Shown piece after piece: positions 8,006 to 18,105 of a stretch of 64,000 bases of DNA. The translations under genes were made by a program, and so were the position numbers. The notes beneath the pieces were generated by a model. The model did no database searches and was not told the DNA's origin. It was given only the letters and a program-made list of their open reading frames with translations. Numbering within the stretch: the stretch's first letter is position 1; the number at the start of each line of letters is the position of its first letter. Source of the DNA: Spirochaetaceae bacterium (GTDB lineage: Bacteria > Spirochaetota > Spirochaetia > DSM-2461); contig JAOPTT010000014.1 in assembly GCA_051531975.1 (NCBI GenBank), positions 1-64,000 of the forward strand, in the 5' to 3' direction.

Positions 8006-10552
8006 ATGGACAATTGGCCTAAACTAAAAACATATACAGGCAAATATTTAAGAAGAGTAGCACTACCATTAGGTGGTATTGGTACAGGTACTATATCCCT
8101 TGGTGGAAGAGGAAACTTACAGGATTGGGCTATTATGAACAGTCCTGCTGTAGGTTATATTCCTAATATGACAGAGGGTATGAAAGATATCGGTCCTTTT
8201 TTCTCTCTTTATACAGAAACAGAAGGTAAAAAAACTTTAACCACATTAGAGGGCCCTCTGGATTCAGAAAACTTTGAAGATTCAGAAGGCTGTAGAGCAA
8301 TAAACCATGGACTGCCTAAGTTTAGAGAGTGTAGTTTTGAAACAGCTTATCCACTGGCTGGTGTAAAATTAAAAGATAAAAATATTCCTATAGAAGTTAC
8401 ATTAAAAGCATTTAATCCACTAATTCCAGGAGATAGTGATAACAGTGGAATTCCTGTAGCAGTACTGACTTACCAGTTAACAAATAACACGGATAAAGTA
8501 GTAAAAGCTTCTGTTTGTGGAAATATTATAAACTGTATAGGTTCCGATGGAAGAACCAGTGAAAAAGAGTGGGTTAATACAACATATACAGGTGCAATGG
8601 ATAATAAAAATGAGTATAGAAACACAGAGAATCTTAGTGGTATTTATATGAGTTCAGAGGGAGTAAACACGAATTCACCTGCATGGGGGACAATGGCTTT
8701 AACTACTATTTCAGAAGGGGAAATAAGTTATAGAACATCATGGGCAAACAGGACATGGGGTAATTCAACTCTGGACTATTGGGATGATTTTTCTGCTAAT
8801 GGACTTTTAACAAATAGAGATTCTGACGCTCCAATTAATAGAATGGCATCTTTAGCAGTAAAACAGGAAATCAGACCAAATGAGACTGTAGATGTTACCT
8901 TTTTAATAACCTGGCATTTCCCTAATCGTCAAACATGGCACCCTGAAACAGCTGATATAAAAAAAGGTATTAGTAATAACAAAAAAAACACTATAGGAAA
9001 CTATTATACAACCCAGTATAAAGATGCTTGGGACGTTGCAAAGAAGGTAGAAGAGAATCTGGCTAAACTTGAAAAATCAACTGTTAGTTTTGTAACTGCT
9101 TTCTGTGATTCAGATCTACCAGAACAGGTAAAAGAAGCAGCGCTTTTTAACATTAGTACTTTAAGAACCCAGACATGTTTTAGAACCCCAGATGGTAACC
9201 TTTATGGTTGGGAGGGAATTCATGATCTACTAGGGTCATGTTATGGGTCATGTACTCATGTATGGAATTATGAACAAACAACAGCATTTCTTTTTGGTGA
9301 TCTTGCAAAAACAATGCGGAATGTAGAATTTTTACATGCAGTGGACGATACAGGCCATATGAATTTCAGGGTGGAACTCCCACTTAATGAGAATCTTAAA
9401 AAAAGAGGCTTTGCTGCCGCAGATGGTCAGATGGGTACTATAATGAAAGTCTACCGGGAGTGGCAGTTATCTGGAGATATAACATTCCTTAAAACACTAT
9501 GGCCAAATATAAAAAAATCACTAGAGTTTTGCTGGATTCCAGGTGGCTGGGATGCCGATATGGATGGAGTAATGGAAGGCTGCCAGCATAATACTATGGA
9601 TGTAGAGTATTATGGACCAAATCCACAGATGCAGGGTTGGTATCTTGGTGCCTTAAGAGCAACAGAAGAGATGGCAAAAGCAGTTGCTGATGATAAATTT
9701 TCAATAAAATGCAGGACTCTGTTTGATAAAGGTTCTAAGTATATGGATGATAAACTATTTAATGGGGACTACTACGAACATATAATATCCGTACCAAAAA
9801 CAATTCACCCTAAATTAACATCAAACATGGGAGCAAAAGATCTAGAGAATCCTATTCTACAATTAGGGTCTGGATGCCTTATAGATCAGTTAGTTGGGCA
9901 ATACATGGCTCATGTTCTTGGCCTAGGATACCTGCATAACAAGGACAATGTGAAAAAAACACTGGAAAGTATAATGAAGTACAACTATAAAACTGATTTC
10001 TATAATCACTTTAACCATATGAGGTCCTATGTATTAAATGACGAATCTGCTCTATTAATGGCAACTTACCCAAAAGGTAGAAGACCTGAAGAACCTTTCC
10101 CTTATTACAACGAAGTTATGACTGGTTTTGAACACTCCACAGCTGCCCATATGTTATATGAAGGAATGGAAGATGATGGATTAAAAGTAATAAAATCAAT
10201 TAGGGATAGATATGATGGTTTTAAAAGAAATCCATTTGATGAGGCTGAATGTGGGCATCATTATGCTAGAGCAATGGCTTCATGGGCGGAAGTCCTGGCT
10301 TTAACCGGATTTAGATATTCAGGTGTGAATAAAGAGATATCTTTTGCAGCCAAAGAGGGTAAATTCTTCTGGTCCAATGGTTATTCCTGGGGAACTTGTA
10401 GTATTAGAAAAGAAAATAAAGAGTGGGTATCCACAATAAATGTATTACATGGGGAGTTGGAATTAAAAGCTTTTAATTTAACTGGTGTTGGACAATGGAC
10501 AGGAGAGACTAAAACAGTTAAAGAAGATCAGACAATGGAAATAAAAATATAG
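8006..10552 (+). CDS. GH116 (non-lysosomal glucosylceramidase/GBA2-like) beta-glycosidase
   Basis: LPLGGIGTG, GSCTHVWNY, ADGQMG, QHNTMDVE, EAECGHHYARAMASW; no signal peptide. Confidence 0.93.
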   Translation: MDNWPKLKTYTGKYLRRVALPLGGIGTGTISLGGRGNLQDWAIMNSPAVGYIPNMTEGMKDIGPFFSLYTETEGKKTLTTLEGPLDSENFEDSEGCRAINHGLPKFRECSFETAYPLAGVKLKDKNIPIEVTLKAFNPLIPGDSDNSGIPVAVLTYQLTNNTDKVVKASVCGNIINCIGSDGRTSEKEWVNTTYTGAMDNKNEYRNTENLSGIYMSSEGVNTNSPAWGTMALTTISEGEISYRTSWANRTWGNSTLDYWDDFSANGLLTNRDSDAPINRMASLAVKQEIRPNETVDVTFLITWHFPNRQTWHPETADIKKGISNNKKNTIGNYYTTQYKDAWDVAKKVEENLAKLEKSTVSFVTAFCDSDLPEQVKEAALFNISTLRTQTCFRTPDGNLYGWEGIHDLLGSCYGSCTHVWNYEQTTAFLFGDLAKTMRNVEFLHAVDDTGHMNFRVELPLNENLKKRGFAAADGQMGTIMKVYREWQLSGDITFLKTLWPNIKKSLEFCWIPGGWDADMDGVMEGCQHNTMDVEYYGPNPQMQGWYLGALRATEEMAKAVADDKFSIKCRTLFDKGSKYMDDKLFNGDYYEHIISVPKTIHPKLTSNMGAKDLENPILQLGSGCLIDQLVGQYMAHVLGLGYLHNKDNVKKTLESIMKYNYKTDFYNHFNHMRSYVLNDESALLMATYPKGRRPEEPFPYYNEVMTGFEHSTAAHMLYEGMEDDGLKVIKSIRDRYDGFKRNPFDEAECGHHYARAMASWAEVLALTGFRYSGVNKEISFAAKEGKFFWSNGYSWGTCSIRKENKEWVSTINVLHGELELKAFNLTGVGQWTGETKTVKEDQTMEIKI

Positions 10553-10561
10553 TTATCTGCT

Positions 10562-10657
10562 TTTTACGGAATGAAATCCATAAAAGAACATTAAGTCAAG
10601 AGTTTAAGGAATGTAATCCCAAAACTCTTGATTTTTTCATAGTTTGAGGATTATAGT
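10562..10657. repeat. Array of imperfect palindromes at 40-bp period upstream of AAA/DUF4143 gene 1
   Basis: TTTTACGGAATGAAATCCATAAAA (10562), GTTTAAGGAATGTAATCCCAAAAC (10602; 18/24 identical), half-site GTTTGAGGA (10642). Confidence 0.7.
10596..10637 (+). terminator. Possible intrinsic terminator of GH116 (overlaps second palindrome)
   Basis: TCAAGAGTTT...AAACTCTTGA arms followed by TTTTTT. Confidence 0.5.
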
Positions 10658-10684
10658 AGTAATTAGATAAGGAGGACTTGTCTA

Positions 10685-11881
10685 ATGATACCTAGAAAAG
10701 AATATTTGGACTTCCTAATCCGCGGAAAAGATTTACACCTGATTAAGGTTATATCTGGTATTAGGAGATGCGGTAAATCAACACTATTCGAGTTATACAG
10801 GGACTACCTTTTAAAACAAAACATAGACCATGACCAGCTGATATTCATAAATTTTGAAGACCTTGAATATGACTCAATACGGGATTACAAATCTTTGTAT
10901 GAATATATAAAACCTAAAATTAATGCAGATAAAATGACTTATATCTTTTTGGATGAAATTCAACATGTCAGTGAATTTGAAAGAGTCGTAGACAGTCTTT
11001 TTATACAAAAAAATATCGATATTTATATTACCGGTTCAAATGCATACTTCATGTCAGGAGAACTAGCCACACTGTTGTCGGGCCGTTATATTGAACTTAA
11101 AATGTTACCTTTATCTTTTGGAGAATATTGTATAGGAGAACCGGGAAACAGGAGTATAAGCGAAAAGTATAGTAGATATCTGGTTAACAGTTCTTTTCCA
11201 TATACAGTACAGTTAGGAGACCAAAAGAAGGTCATTGTAGATTACCTGCAGGGTTTATATAACACAGTTATTCTTAAAGATGTCATTGCCAGATACAAAA
11301 TAACTGATGTTATGATGTTAGAGGATGTTGCTAAATTTTTATTTGATAATATTGGAAGTCAGACTTCAATAACAAAAGTAGCAAATACAATGACATCACA
11401 TGGTAGAAAAATCGATCCCAAAACTGTGGAAAAATACGTCACAGCTTTAACAGAGAGTCTAATCATATATAAAGCCAAAAGATATAACATAAAGGGAAAA
11501 CAATATCTAAAAACTTTGGAAAAATATTATGTGGTAGATATCGGCCTTAGGTATATGCTGTTGGGGCGAAGGGATGTTGATGTGGGTCATATACTTGAGA
11601 ACATCATTTATCTTGAATTAATTCGCCGAGGTTATGATGTATATGTTGGACAGGTCGGAGATTTGGAAATTGATTTTGTCGCAATGAATGAAGAAAGTAC
11701 TACCTATTACCAGGTTGCAGCTACAGTTAGGGATGATTCGACTTTAAAGCGGGAACTGGCTTCATTGCAAAAAATAAAAGATCATTATCCCAAATTCATT
11801 CTAACACTTGATGATGATCCTGAAGCAGAATACGATGGGATACGTAGAATAAATGCTTTATCTTTTTTGTTAGATAAATAA
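10685..11881 (+). CDS. AAA_14-type ATP-binding protein with DUF4143-type C-terminal domain
   Basis: Walker A GIRRCGKS, Walker B IFLDEIQ, TGSN, KYYVVDIG, ENIIYLEL, EIDFVA; RBS AAGGAGG. Confidence 0.9.
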   Translation: MIPRKEYLDFLIRGKDLHLIKVISGIRRCGKSTLFELYRDYLLKQNIDHDQLIFINFEDLEYDSIRDYKSLYEYIKPKINADKMTYIFLDEIQHVSEFERVVDSLFIQKNIDIYITGSNAYFMSGELATLLSGRYIELKMLPLSFGEYCIGEPGNRSISEKYSRYLVNSSFPYTVQLGDQKKVIVDYLQGLYNTVILKDVIARYKITDVMMLEDVAKFLFDNIGSQTSITKVANTMTSHGRKIDPKTVEKYVTALTESLIIYKAKRYNIKGKQYLKTLEKYYVVDIGLRYMLLGRRDVDVGHILENIIYLELIRRGYDVYVGQVGDLEIDFVAMNEESTTYYQVAATVRDDSTLKRELASLQKIKDHYPKFILTLDDDPEAEYDGIRRINALSFLLDK

Positions 11882-12099
11882 ATATCATGCTATTTGTATA
11901 GGCAATTACCGGACTATTTGTGCTAAATGTAAGGGTAATTTATTTTCAAATTTCACAATTTATGCGGTGAATATAATAAAAAGTATCATCAATAAACTTT
12001 CAAAATCTTAAATAATTAATATGTTCATAAATACTCTTTACTTTCCCTCAGTCTTGATCTATAAAATATGAATAATCTATTTAAAATAATGAGGTTTTC

Positions 12100-14409
12100 A
12101 TGGTTGATACAAAAGGAAAAAACATTACACCCTCCAGGGTTAATAAATCTATAAAGTGGAGTCTTGCTGCCGGTTCAATCGGTATGACATGGTTTATTCT
12201 CTGTACACCACAGCAGATATTAATGGTTTTTATGAGCAACTATCTGGAAGCCTCACCATTAATCCTGGGAGTCTTGATCGGGGGTATCAACATTGCCGCC
12301 CTTTTTCATTTGGCATCCATTTACTTTTACTCAAAATATAAAACTATAAAACGGTTCTGGATCATAACAGCTATGTTTCAGCGTATGCTGGCATTTCCCA
12401 TCGCTGCTGTCGCCTTCTACATGGCAGGGGGAGGAAACAGGTTTGTCGGAATAACTGTAATTATAATCTCAAGTATGACAGGGGCAGCACTGGGGAACAT
12501 GAGCGCATCGGGATGGTGGTCCTGGATGGCTGCGTTAATTCCTGAAAGCAAACGGGCAACCTTTTTTGGAAAACGTTCAGCTGTAACACAGATAGTTAAT
12601 GTTTTCTTCTTTTTCTCAGCCACTTTTGTTCTCGATTATTTTTTTAAACAGGCTTTCATTGTATTTGGTATTCTATATCTTATAGCCGGTGTTGGTGGTA
12701 CATTGGATATCCTCTTTCACTCTTTCATTCCCGAACCGGCACCTGCTGAATCATCTAGGGGAATCAGTTCAAAAAAGTTCTTTGAACCGGTTAAAGATCC
12801 GGTATTTCTCCGGTTCTGTATATTAATTGGTATTTATCTTATGTCAATAAACATCGCAGCCCCATATCTGGCACCATATACTACCAATAAAGACCAAATT
12901 GGAGCACCAAATATCTGGTTAGGGATTATGGTGGTTATAAGTCAGAGTATATGGGTACTTGTGGTTCCTTTTTGGGGAATGATTATGGATAAAATGGGTA
13001 AAAAACCTGTGGTAATAATTGGTGGATTAAGTTCTTTTGCATGGATAGGATATCTATTTCTAACACCGGAGAATTATTCAATAGTACTGCCTATAATCGC
13101 TGTTATTGCAGGAATCCTTGCACCAGGATTCTGGGAGGGTATTTCCCAGATGATGTTAAGCCTGACTAAAGAAGAAAATAGAACAACATACATAGCCTGG
13201 TTCTGGACATTTTTTGGAACTACAGCAGCCATAGGCTCCTTTTTAGGTGGTGTTCTCTACAACTCCCTGAGCAAATATCCCATAAGGATAGGGGCCATAA
13301 ATATATTACCGATCCATATAATTATAATATTATCCCTTATCATGGTAATATTCAGCCTGAGCCATTTAAGCAGAATGAAAATGGCCAATGAAAAAAGTAT
13401 ATCCATGGTGGTATCCACAATTATCAATCCTGGAATATTCCGGGCGTTTACAGGTATGGGTATTTTATCAAGACCTGCTTCATCAAATAAAGTGACAAAG
13501 GTCTTAAAACAGATGAAAGGTTCCTCGGCCAGCCTAGCCACTTCTGAAGTTATTATGCGTCTCGATGATCCTGATTCCACGGTAAGAAGCGAAGCAGCTG
13601 AAGCCCTAGGTAGAATCGGGGGGGCAGATGCGGAACAAGCACTGATCTCCCATTTAAATGACCAGACATCACCTGTGAAAGTTCCTGCCGCAAAAGCACT
13701 GGGAACGATGAGTTCACAGAGAGCTGTCCCCTTTCTCATTGAAGCTCTGTTAGCTAAATCGGAAGACCTCCAGGAAGCGGCGGTTTTATCCCTGGGAAAT
13801 ATAGACAGTGACGATGCCCGGAACTCTCTTTTAAAGACAATAAGGAGTGATGCCGGGGAAGCTATTAAGGCATCCAGTGCCATCGCCGTATCACAGCAGA
13901 AGGTATGGGATGCAGCGGGAGATATTTTCTATCTGATGCATCACGCGAGTAACTGGATTCTCAAAAGACAGTTGAGCATCGCCATGGCTAACCTTTTGGG
14001 AAATCCCGGAAGATTCTATCAATATGTATCGGGAAACCATGATAATAACAGTATCAAAATTCAGCAGCTCTTCTCAGAAGTGGAAAAGTACATTATAACC
14101 CTAAAGAAACAGTCAGGCCAGTCAAAGCCCCAGAGACAGGATTTTAGAAACCGTCTCATAGAGATAAAAGAGTTCTATGAATCGGGAGATTATATAACCT
14201 CAGCAAGAAACCTGCTTTCTCTTTCAGAAGAAATTAGCAACATATTCCCCGATCAGAATCCCTTCTTTGATTTTGGCGCCTGGTATTTAACCAAGATGCA
14301 GGAAGCACTTGATGAAGGGATAGTTGCAGATGTGGATATCCTTCTAGTTCTCTACTTCCTCAAATCGGGATTTTCTGAGATGGAGAAGAAAAAGACTACA
14401 GTAAAATAA
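12100..14409 (+). CDS. MFS transporter fused to C-terminal HEAT-repeat domain
   Basis: About 12 hydrophobic helices in first ~425 aa (DKMGKK loop), then LDDPDSTVRSEAAEALGRIG / VKVPAAKALG / LQEAAVLSLG repeats. Confidence 0.85.
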   Translation: MVDTKGKNITPSRVNKSIKWSLAAGSIGMTWFILCTPQQILMVFMSNYLEASPLILGVLIGGINIAALFHLASIYFYSKYKTIKRFWIITAMFQRMLAFPIAAVAFYMAGGGNRFVGITVIIISSMTGAALGNMSASGWWSWMAALIPESKRATFFGKRSAVTQIVNVFFFFSATFVLDYFFKQAFIVFGILYLIAGVGGTLDILFHSFIPEPAPAESSRGISSKKFFEPVKDPVFLRFCILIGIYLMSINIAAPYLAPYTTNKDQIGAPNIWLGIMVVISQSIWVLVVPFWGMIMDKMGKKPVVIIGGLSSFAWIGYLFLTPENYSIVLPIIAVIAGILAPGFWEGISQMMLSLTKEENRTTYIAWFWTFFGTTAAIGSFLGGVLYNSLSKYPIRIGAINILPIHIIIILSLIMVIFSLSHLSRMKMANEKSISMVVSTIINPGIFRAFTGMGILSRPASSNKVTKVLKQMKGSSASLATSEVIMRLDDPDSTVRSEAAEALGRIGGADAEQALISHLNDQTSPVKVPAAKALGTMSSQRAVPFLIEALLAKSEDLQEAAVLSLGNIDSDDARNSLLKTIRSDAGEAIKASSAIAVSQQKVWDAAGDIFYLMHHASNWILKRQLSIAMANLLGNPGRFYQYVSGNHDNNSIKIQQLFSEVEKYIITLKKQSGQSKPQRQDFRNRLIEIKEFYESGDYITSARNLLSLSEEISNIFPDQNPFFDFGAWYLTKMQEALDEGIVADVDILLVLYFLKSGFSEMEKKKTTVK

Positions 14410-14589
14410 GCCATCTTGCTATCATACATATACTTTAACCATCTGTTTTGTTACATCAATATAACATATTACATGGTTAAGGTACTGTTTTTGTGATTAT
14501 CAGGAAGGTTCGAAAACCCATTATATAAACGACTAATTGACTTGTAACACTGGATGCATGATAATCTCATCCCTTGTTCAAACTTCTCA

Positions 14590-14649
14590 GGTTGTCCAGC
14601 CCCGGGAACCCACTTTAATACCATCGAGGTTTGGAATCTCCAGAAGGTC
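14590..14649 (-). pseudogene. Short frameshifted remnant of a URO-D/methyltransferase-like gene
   Basis: GAC CTT CTG GAG ATT CCA AAC CTC GAT GGT ATT (A) AAG TGG GTT CCC GGG GCT GGA CAA CCT = DLLEIPNLDGI/KWVPGAGQP. Confidence 0.45.
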
Positions 14650-14797
14650 AGCCATCCCCACCTAGGTCTTCCATAAGTTTTAATAGATTTCTGTATGTTA
14701 TCTATCATTTTGATAATTAACTTTTATATTGTTAGTTTACAGATTTATATTTGTCAATGAATATGGATTATAGATTTTAGTAGGAGAACATACATAT

Positions 14798-16291
14798 ATG
14801 AATAAATTTAAAGCCACATTGAATATTAACAGCACTGCCCGGTACTCACGATATGACAGGATGATATTTGGGGGATTTATAGAGCATTTTGGCCGCCAGA
14901 TTTACGGTGGATTTTTTGAACCCGGTTCGCCACTTGCTGACAAAAACGGCTTCCGTATGGATGTTATAGAGGCGATTAGGGAACTGAGGATCCCTGTTAT
15001 CCGCTGGCCGGGGGGGTGCTTTGTAGACAGCTATCATTGGAAGAAAGGAGTCGGGAGCGAGCGCCAACCTTATGATGATGATCGATGGGGAGTGCGGGAG
15101 CCCAATACCTTTGGTACCCATGAGTTTATTGAATTCTGCACATTACTGGATGCGGAACCCTACATCTGCCAGAATGGACTGGCTGAAGTTCAAGAGATGG
15201 CAGACTGGGTTGCATACTGTAATTCTACAACCGGTCCCCTAGCCGACCTGCGTGGATTGAACGGACACCCGGAACCCTTTAATGTAAAATATTGGAGTGT
15301 GGGTAACGAAAGGAGTGGAAAGGGATACATCGACAGAGTTAATGACGGAACTATTGCCATGAAACAGGTAGATCCCACTATTAAAGTTACCTGCTCTGGA
15401 ACACATAGTTCACCAACCGATCTTGATCCATACCTGTTTGAAACTGCTGCGAAGCAATTAGATATACTCTCCGTGCATCAATATGAGGTACTGAATTTTG
15501 AAGAGCACCAAACACCTGACTACCTAACGTGCATGATGTTTTCAGATAAACCTGGACACCTTATCAAAGGAGTCTCCCAGGGTATAAAGAAAGCAGGTTT
15601 GGCAGACAGGCTCACAATCGCTTTTGATGAATGGAACCTTCGATCCTGGCACCATCCTGGTTTTCCCGGACTTGATGATAGTGAAGTTAATTATGAGGAA
15701 TCTGAAGTAACAAGGTTAATTACTGCCAGGGACAAAAGTCTGGAGCCTTCCCTATATACCATGGCGGATGCACTGTTTTGTGCATCATTTTTTAATACAT
15801 GTCTTCGTTATTCAAAAGATGTAACTATGGCAAATATTGCCCCTATAGTGAATCAGACGGGACCTCTTTATGTACACGACCGTGGAATTGTAAGACGAAC
15901 CCATTTCCACGCTATGGCCATGTATTCTAACCTTCTTAAAGACCATGTGGTTACAACTCACATCGATTCGGATAGTCTGACTCACCTTTCAGAATCTGTT
16001 GCCATGGTGGATGCCATAGCAACGTCTAATGAGAAGGGTGATAAATGGTCAATTGCCATGATAAATCGTCATCCTTCAGAAGAAGTGGCCTGTACAGTTA
16101 TTATGGAGAATGGGGTTCTTGATGGGAAATATACAGCAACTATTCTTACAGGTGCTTCTGTAGATGACTATAACGACATTGAAACCCCTGATAGAGTAGT
16201 TCCTGTTAAGATAGAACTGACTTTCAAGCAAGGCACCACGGATTTGCCTCCTCATTCGTTGACTATTGCTGAAATTACAATGAATAAATAA
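14798..16291 (+). CDS. GH51 alpha-L-arabinofuranosidase family protein
   Basis: FGGFIEH, IRWPGGCF, FGTHEF, WSVGNE, AFDEWN, MANIA. Confidence 0.93.
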   Translation: MNKFKATLNINSTARYSRYDRMIFGGFIEHFGRQIYGGFFEPGSPLADKNGFRMDVIEAIRELRIPVIRWPGGCFVDSYHWKKGVGSERQPYDDDRWGVREPNTFGTHEFIEFCTLLDAEPYICQNGLAEVQEMADWVAYCNSTTGPLADLRGLNGHPEPFNVKYWSVGNERSGKGYIDRVNDGTIAMKQVDPTIKVTCSGTHSSPTDLDPYLFETAAKQLDILSVHQYEVLNFEEHQTPDYLTCMMFSDKPGHLIKGVSQGIKKAGLADRLTIAFDEWNLRSWHHPGFPGLDDSEVNYEESEVTRLITARDKSLEPSLYTMADALFCASFFNTCLRYSKDVTMANIAPIVNQTGPLYVHDRGIVRRTHFHAMAMYSNLLKDHVVTTHIDSDSLTHLSESVAMVDAIATSNEKGDKWSIAMINRHPSEEVACTVIMENGVLDGKYTATILTGASVDDYNDIETPDRVVPVKIELTFKQGTTDLPPHSLTIAEITMNK

Positions 16292-16325
16292 GTTATAAAA
16301 CTATGAATCTCACAAAAAATGTATA

Positions 16326-17084
16326 CTAATAGATCAATTTAACCTGTTGTTCGTCTAAATACTCTATCCATTGTAAAGAAGGTTTCTGGTCCGTGATAAT
16401 AGTATCAATACAATTTATAGAACCTATTTTATAGGAAGAAGTTGTATCAAACTTTGTATGATCACATAGTAAAACAACTTTTCCACTAACATCTATCATC
16501 TTCTTCCGAAGGTCTGCCTCCTGCTCGTCAAAATCAGAAATACCATTCACCATGGAGATGGATCTACAGGAGAAAAAAAGCTGGTGGGCATTAAAATCAT
16601 TTAAGAAAGTTTTTGCTGATTGACCAATAAAAGAGAGGGATTTCTCCCTAAGTAGACCACCTGTAGAATATACTTTTATATTTTGTAAAATAGCTAAATC
16701 CAGTGCTGTTTTTGCTCCATTAGTTAACACAGTAAGGTTATCTAGTTTTTTAAGAAAAGGTACCATACTCAGTGTAGTACTACTAGAATCGATAATAATA
16801 AACTCACCATCACGAATCAGACTAGAAGCATACTTAGCAATAATCTTTTTCTCTACTTCATTATCAGATTCACGAATCTCTAAAGGGATTTCTATCTGGG
16901 ATCTATCCACTAAAAGAGCCCCACCATGGGTTCTTTTTAACAGCCCCGATTCTTCCAGCGTAGTTAAATCTCTGCGAATAGTAGCCTCTCCAGTATTTAA
17001 ACTACTACTTAACTCTTTTACTGAGATCGATTTTACTTCTTTTAGAATCTCTATAATCCCTTGATGACGTTCAATTGAAAACAT
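16326..17084 (-). CDS. DeoR/GlpR family transcriptional regulator
   Basis: EATIRRDL, RTHGGA, EKKIIA, DSSSTT; divergent from the GRE operon. Confidence 0.95.
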   Translation of the reverse strand: MFSIERHQGIIEILKEVKSISVKELSSSLNTGEATIRRDLTTLEESGLLKRTHGGALLVDRSQIEIPLEIRESDNEVEKKIIAKYASSLIRDGEFIIIDSSSTTLSMVPFLKKLDNLTVLTNGAKTALDLAILQNIKVYSTGGLLREKSLSFIGQSAKTFLNDFNAHQLFFSCRSISMVNGISDFDEQEADLRKKMIDVSGKVVLLCDHTKFDTTSSYKIGSINCIDTIITDQKPSLQWIEYLDEQQVKLIY

Positions 17085-17133
17085 TACATTTTATATCATT
17101 TTTATGCAAAATAGTGAATAGTATTGACAATTA

Positions 17134-17145
17134 TGTGAATTCACA
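17134..17145. promoter_or_regulatory. Perfect palindrome TGTGAATTCACA downstream of TTGACA in GRE operon promoter
   Basis: TTGACA at 17124-17129, palindrome, then repeated T(A/G)AAC(A/G) units between 17154 and 17190. Confidence 0.5.
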
Positions 17146-17199
17146 CCTTAATATAAACATAAACGATCGATAATGAACATATATAAACATAGGGTGGAT

Positions 17200-18099
17200 A
17201 TGAAAGCAAACATCTTCAATATACAGAAATTTAGTTTACATGATGGCCCAGGTATTAGAACAGTAATCTTTTTTAAAGGATGCAACTTAAAATGCAAATG
17301 GTGCTGTAATCCTGAATCACAATCAACAAAAACACAGTTATCCTTTAATAGTGACAAATGTACAAGGTGTCGGTCGTGTATTAAGGTTTGTAAAACTAAC
17401 TCACTAAAAATGATAGATAATAGAATTGTATATGATCCAGACAGATGTACCCATTGTAATCACTGTATAAGTGTTTGTATTTACGATGCTATCGCTTTTT
17501 ATGGTAGAGAGTATACCATTACTGAAGTGATTAATGAGGTTCTAAAAGATAGGGCTTTTTACAACAAATCAGGAGGGGGAGTAACTCTCTCCGGAGGTGA
17601 ATTCTTTTTACAAGCACACTTTGTCACCGAACTATGTAAACAATTAATGGCAGAGAAAATAGATATTGCCGTAGAGTCCTCCCTTGCAGTTTCACCTGAT
17701 ACTTTTAATAAGTTTATAGGTATTGTTGATAGATGGTTAGTGGATATAAAACATTATAGTAGCAAAAAACATAGGTTTGGAACTGGAGTTGATAACAGTA
17801 ATATATTAAAAAACATAAAGTTACTTCACTCTATAAAAGCTAATGTAAAGATCAGAATTCCCATAATTCAGGGTTTTAACAGTAGTATAAACGACGCGGA
17901 AAACTTTGCATCATTATTAAAGCAGATAAGAATATCAAAAGTAGAATTATTGCCTTTCCATCAGTATGGAGAGAAAAAATATGAACTTCTAGGTAAAAAC
18001 TATGAGTTAAAAGGGATTCTAGGACTTAATAAGAGTGATCTTACAAAGTTTTCAGGAGTATTGAAGAGACATAGTATTGAAGTTCAGATTGGGGGATAA
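17200..18099 (+). CDS. Glycyl-radical enzyme activating protein (radical SAM with ferredoxin insert)
   Basis: HDGPGIRT, CNLKCKWCCNPES, two CxxCxxCxxxC motifs, GVTLSGGE; start probably ATG 17200. Confidence 0.95.
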   Translation: MKANIFNIQKFSLHDGPGIRTVIFFKGCNLKCKWCCNPESQSTKTQLSFNSDKCTRCRSCIKVCKTNSLKMIDNRIVYDPDRCTHCNHCISVCIYDAIAFYGREYTITEVINEVLKDRAFYNKSGGGVTLSGGEFFLQAHFVTELCKQLMAEKIDIAVESSLAVSPDTFNKFIGIVDRWLVDIKHYSSKKHRFGTGVDNSNILKNIKLLHSIKANVKIRIPIIQGFNSSINDAENFASLLKQIRISKVELLPFHQYGEKKYELLGKNYELKGILGLNKSDLTKFSGVLKRHSIEVQIGG

Positions 18100-18105
18100 G
18101 AATAT

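Noticed and set aside
13257..13883. 208-aa antisense ORF within MFS-HEAT, and the other short nested or antisense ORFs in the track
   Set aside because: Fully overlap well-supported genes and show no recognisable motifs
14469..14708. 79-aa ORF as a real gene
   Set aside because: Appears to be a chimera of relic fragments across a frameshift
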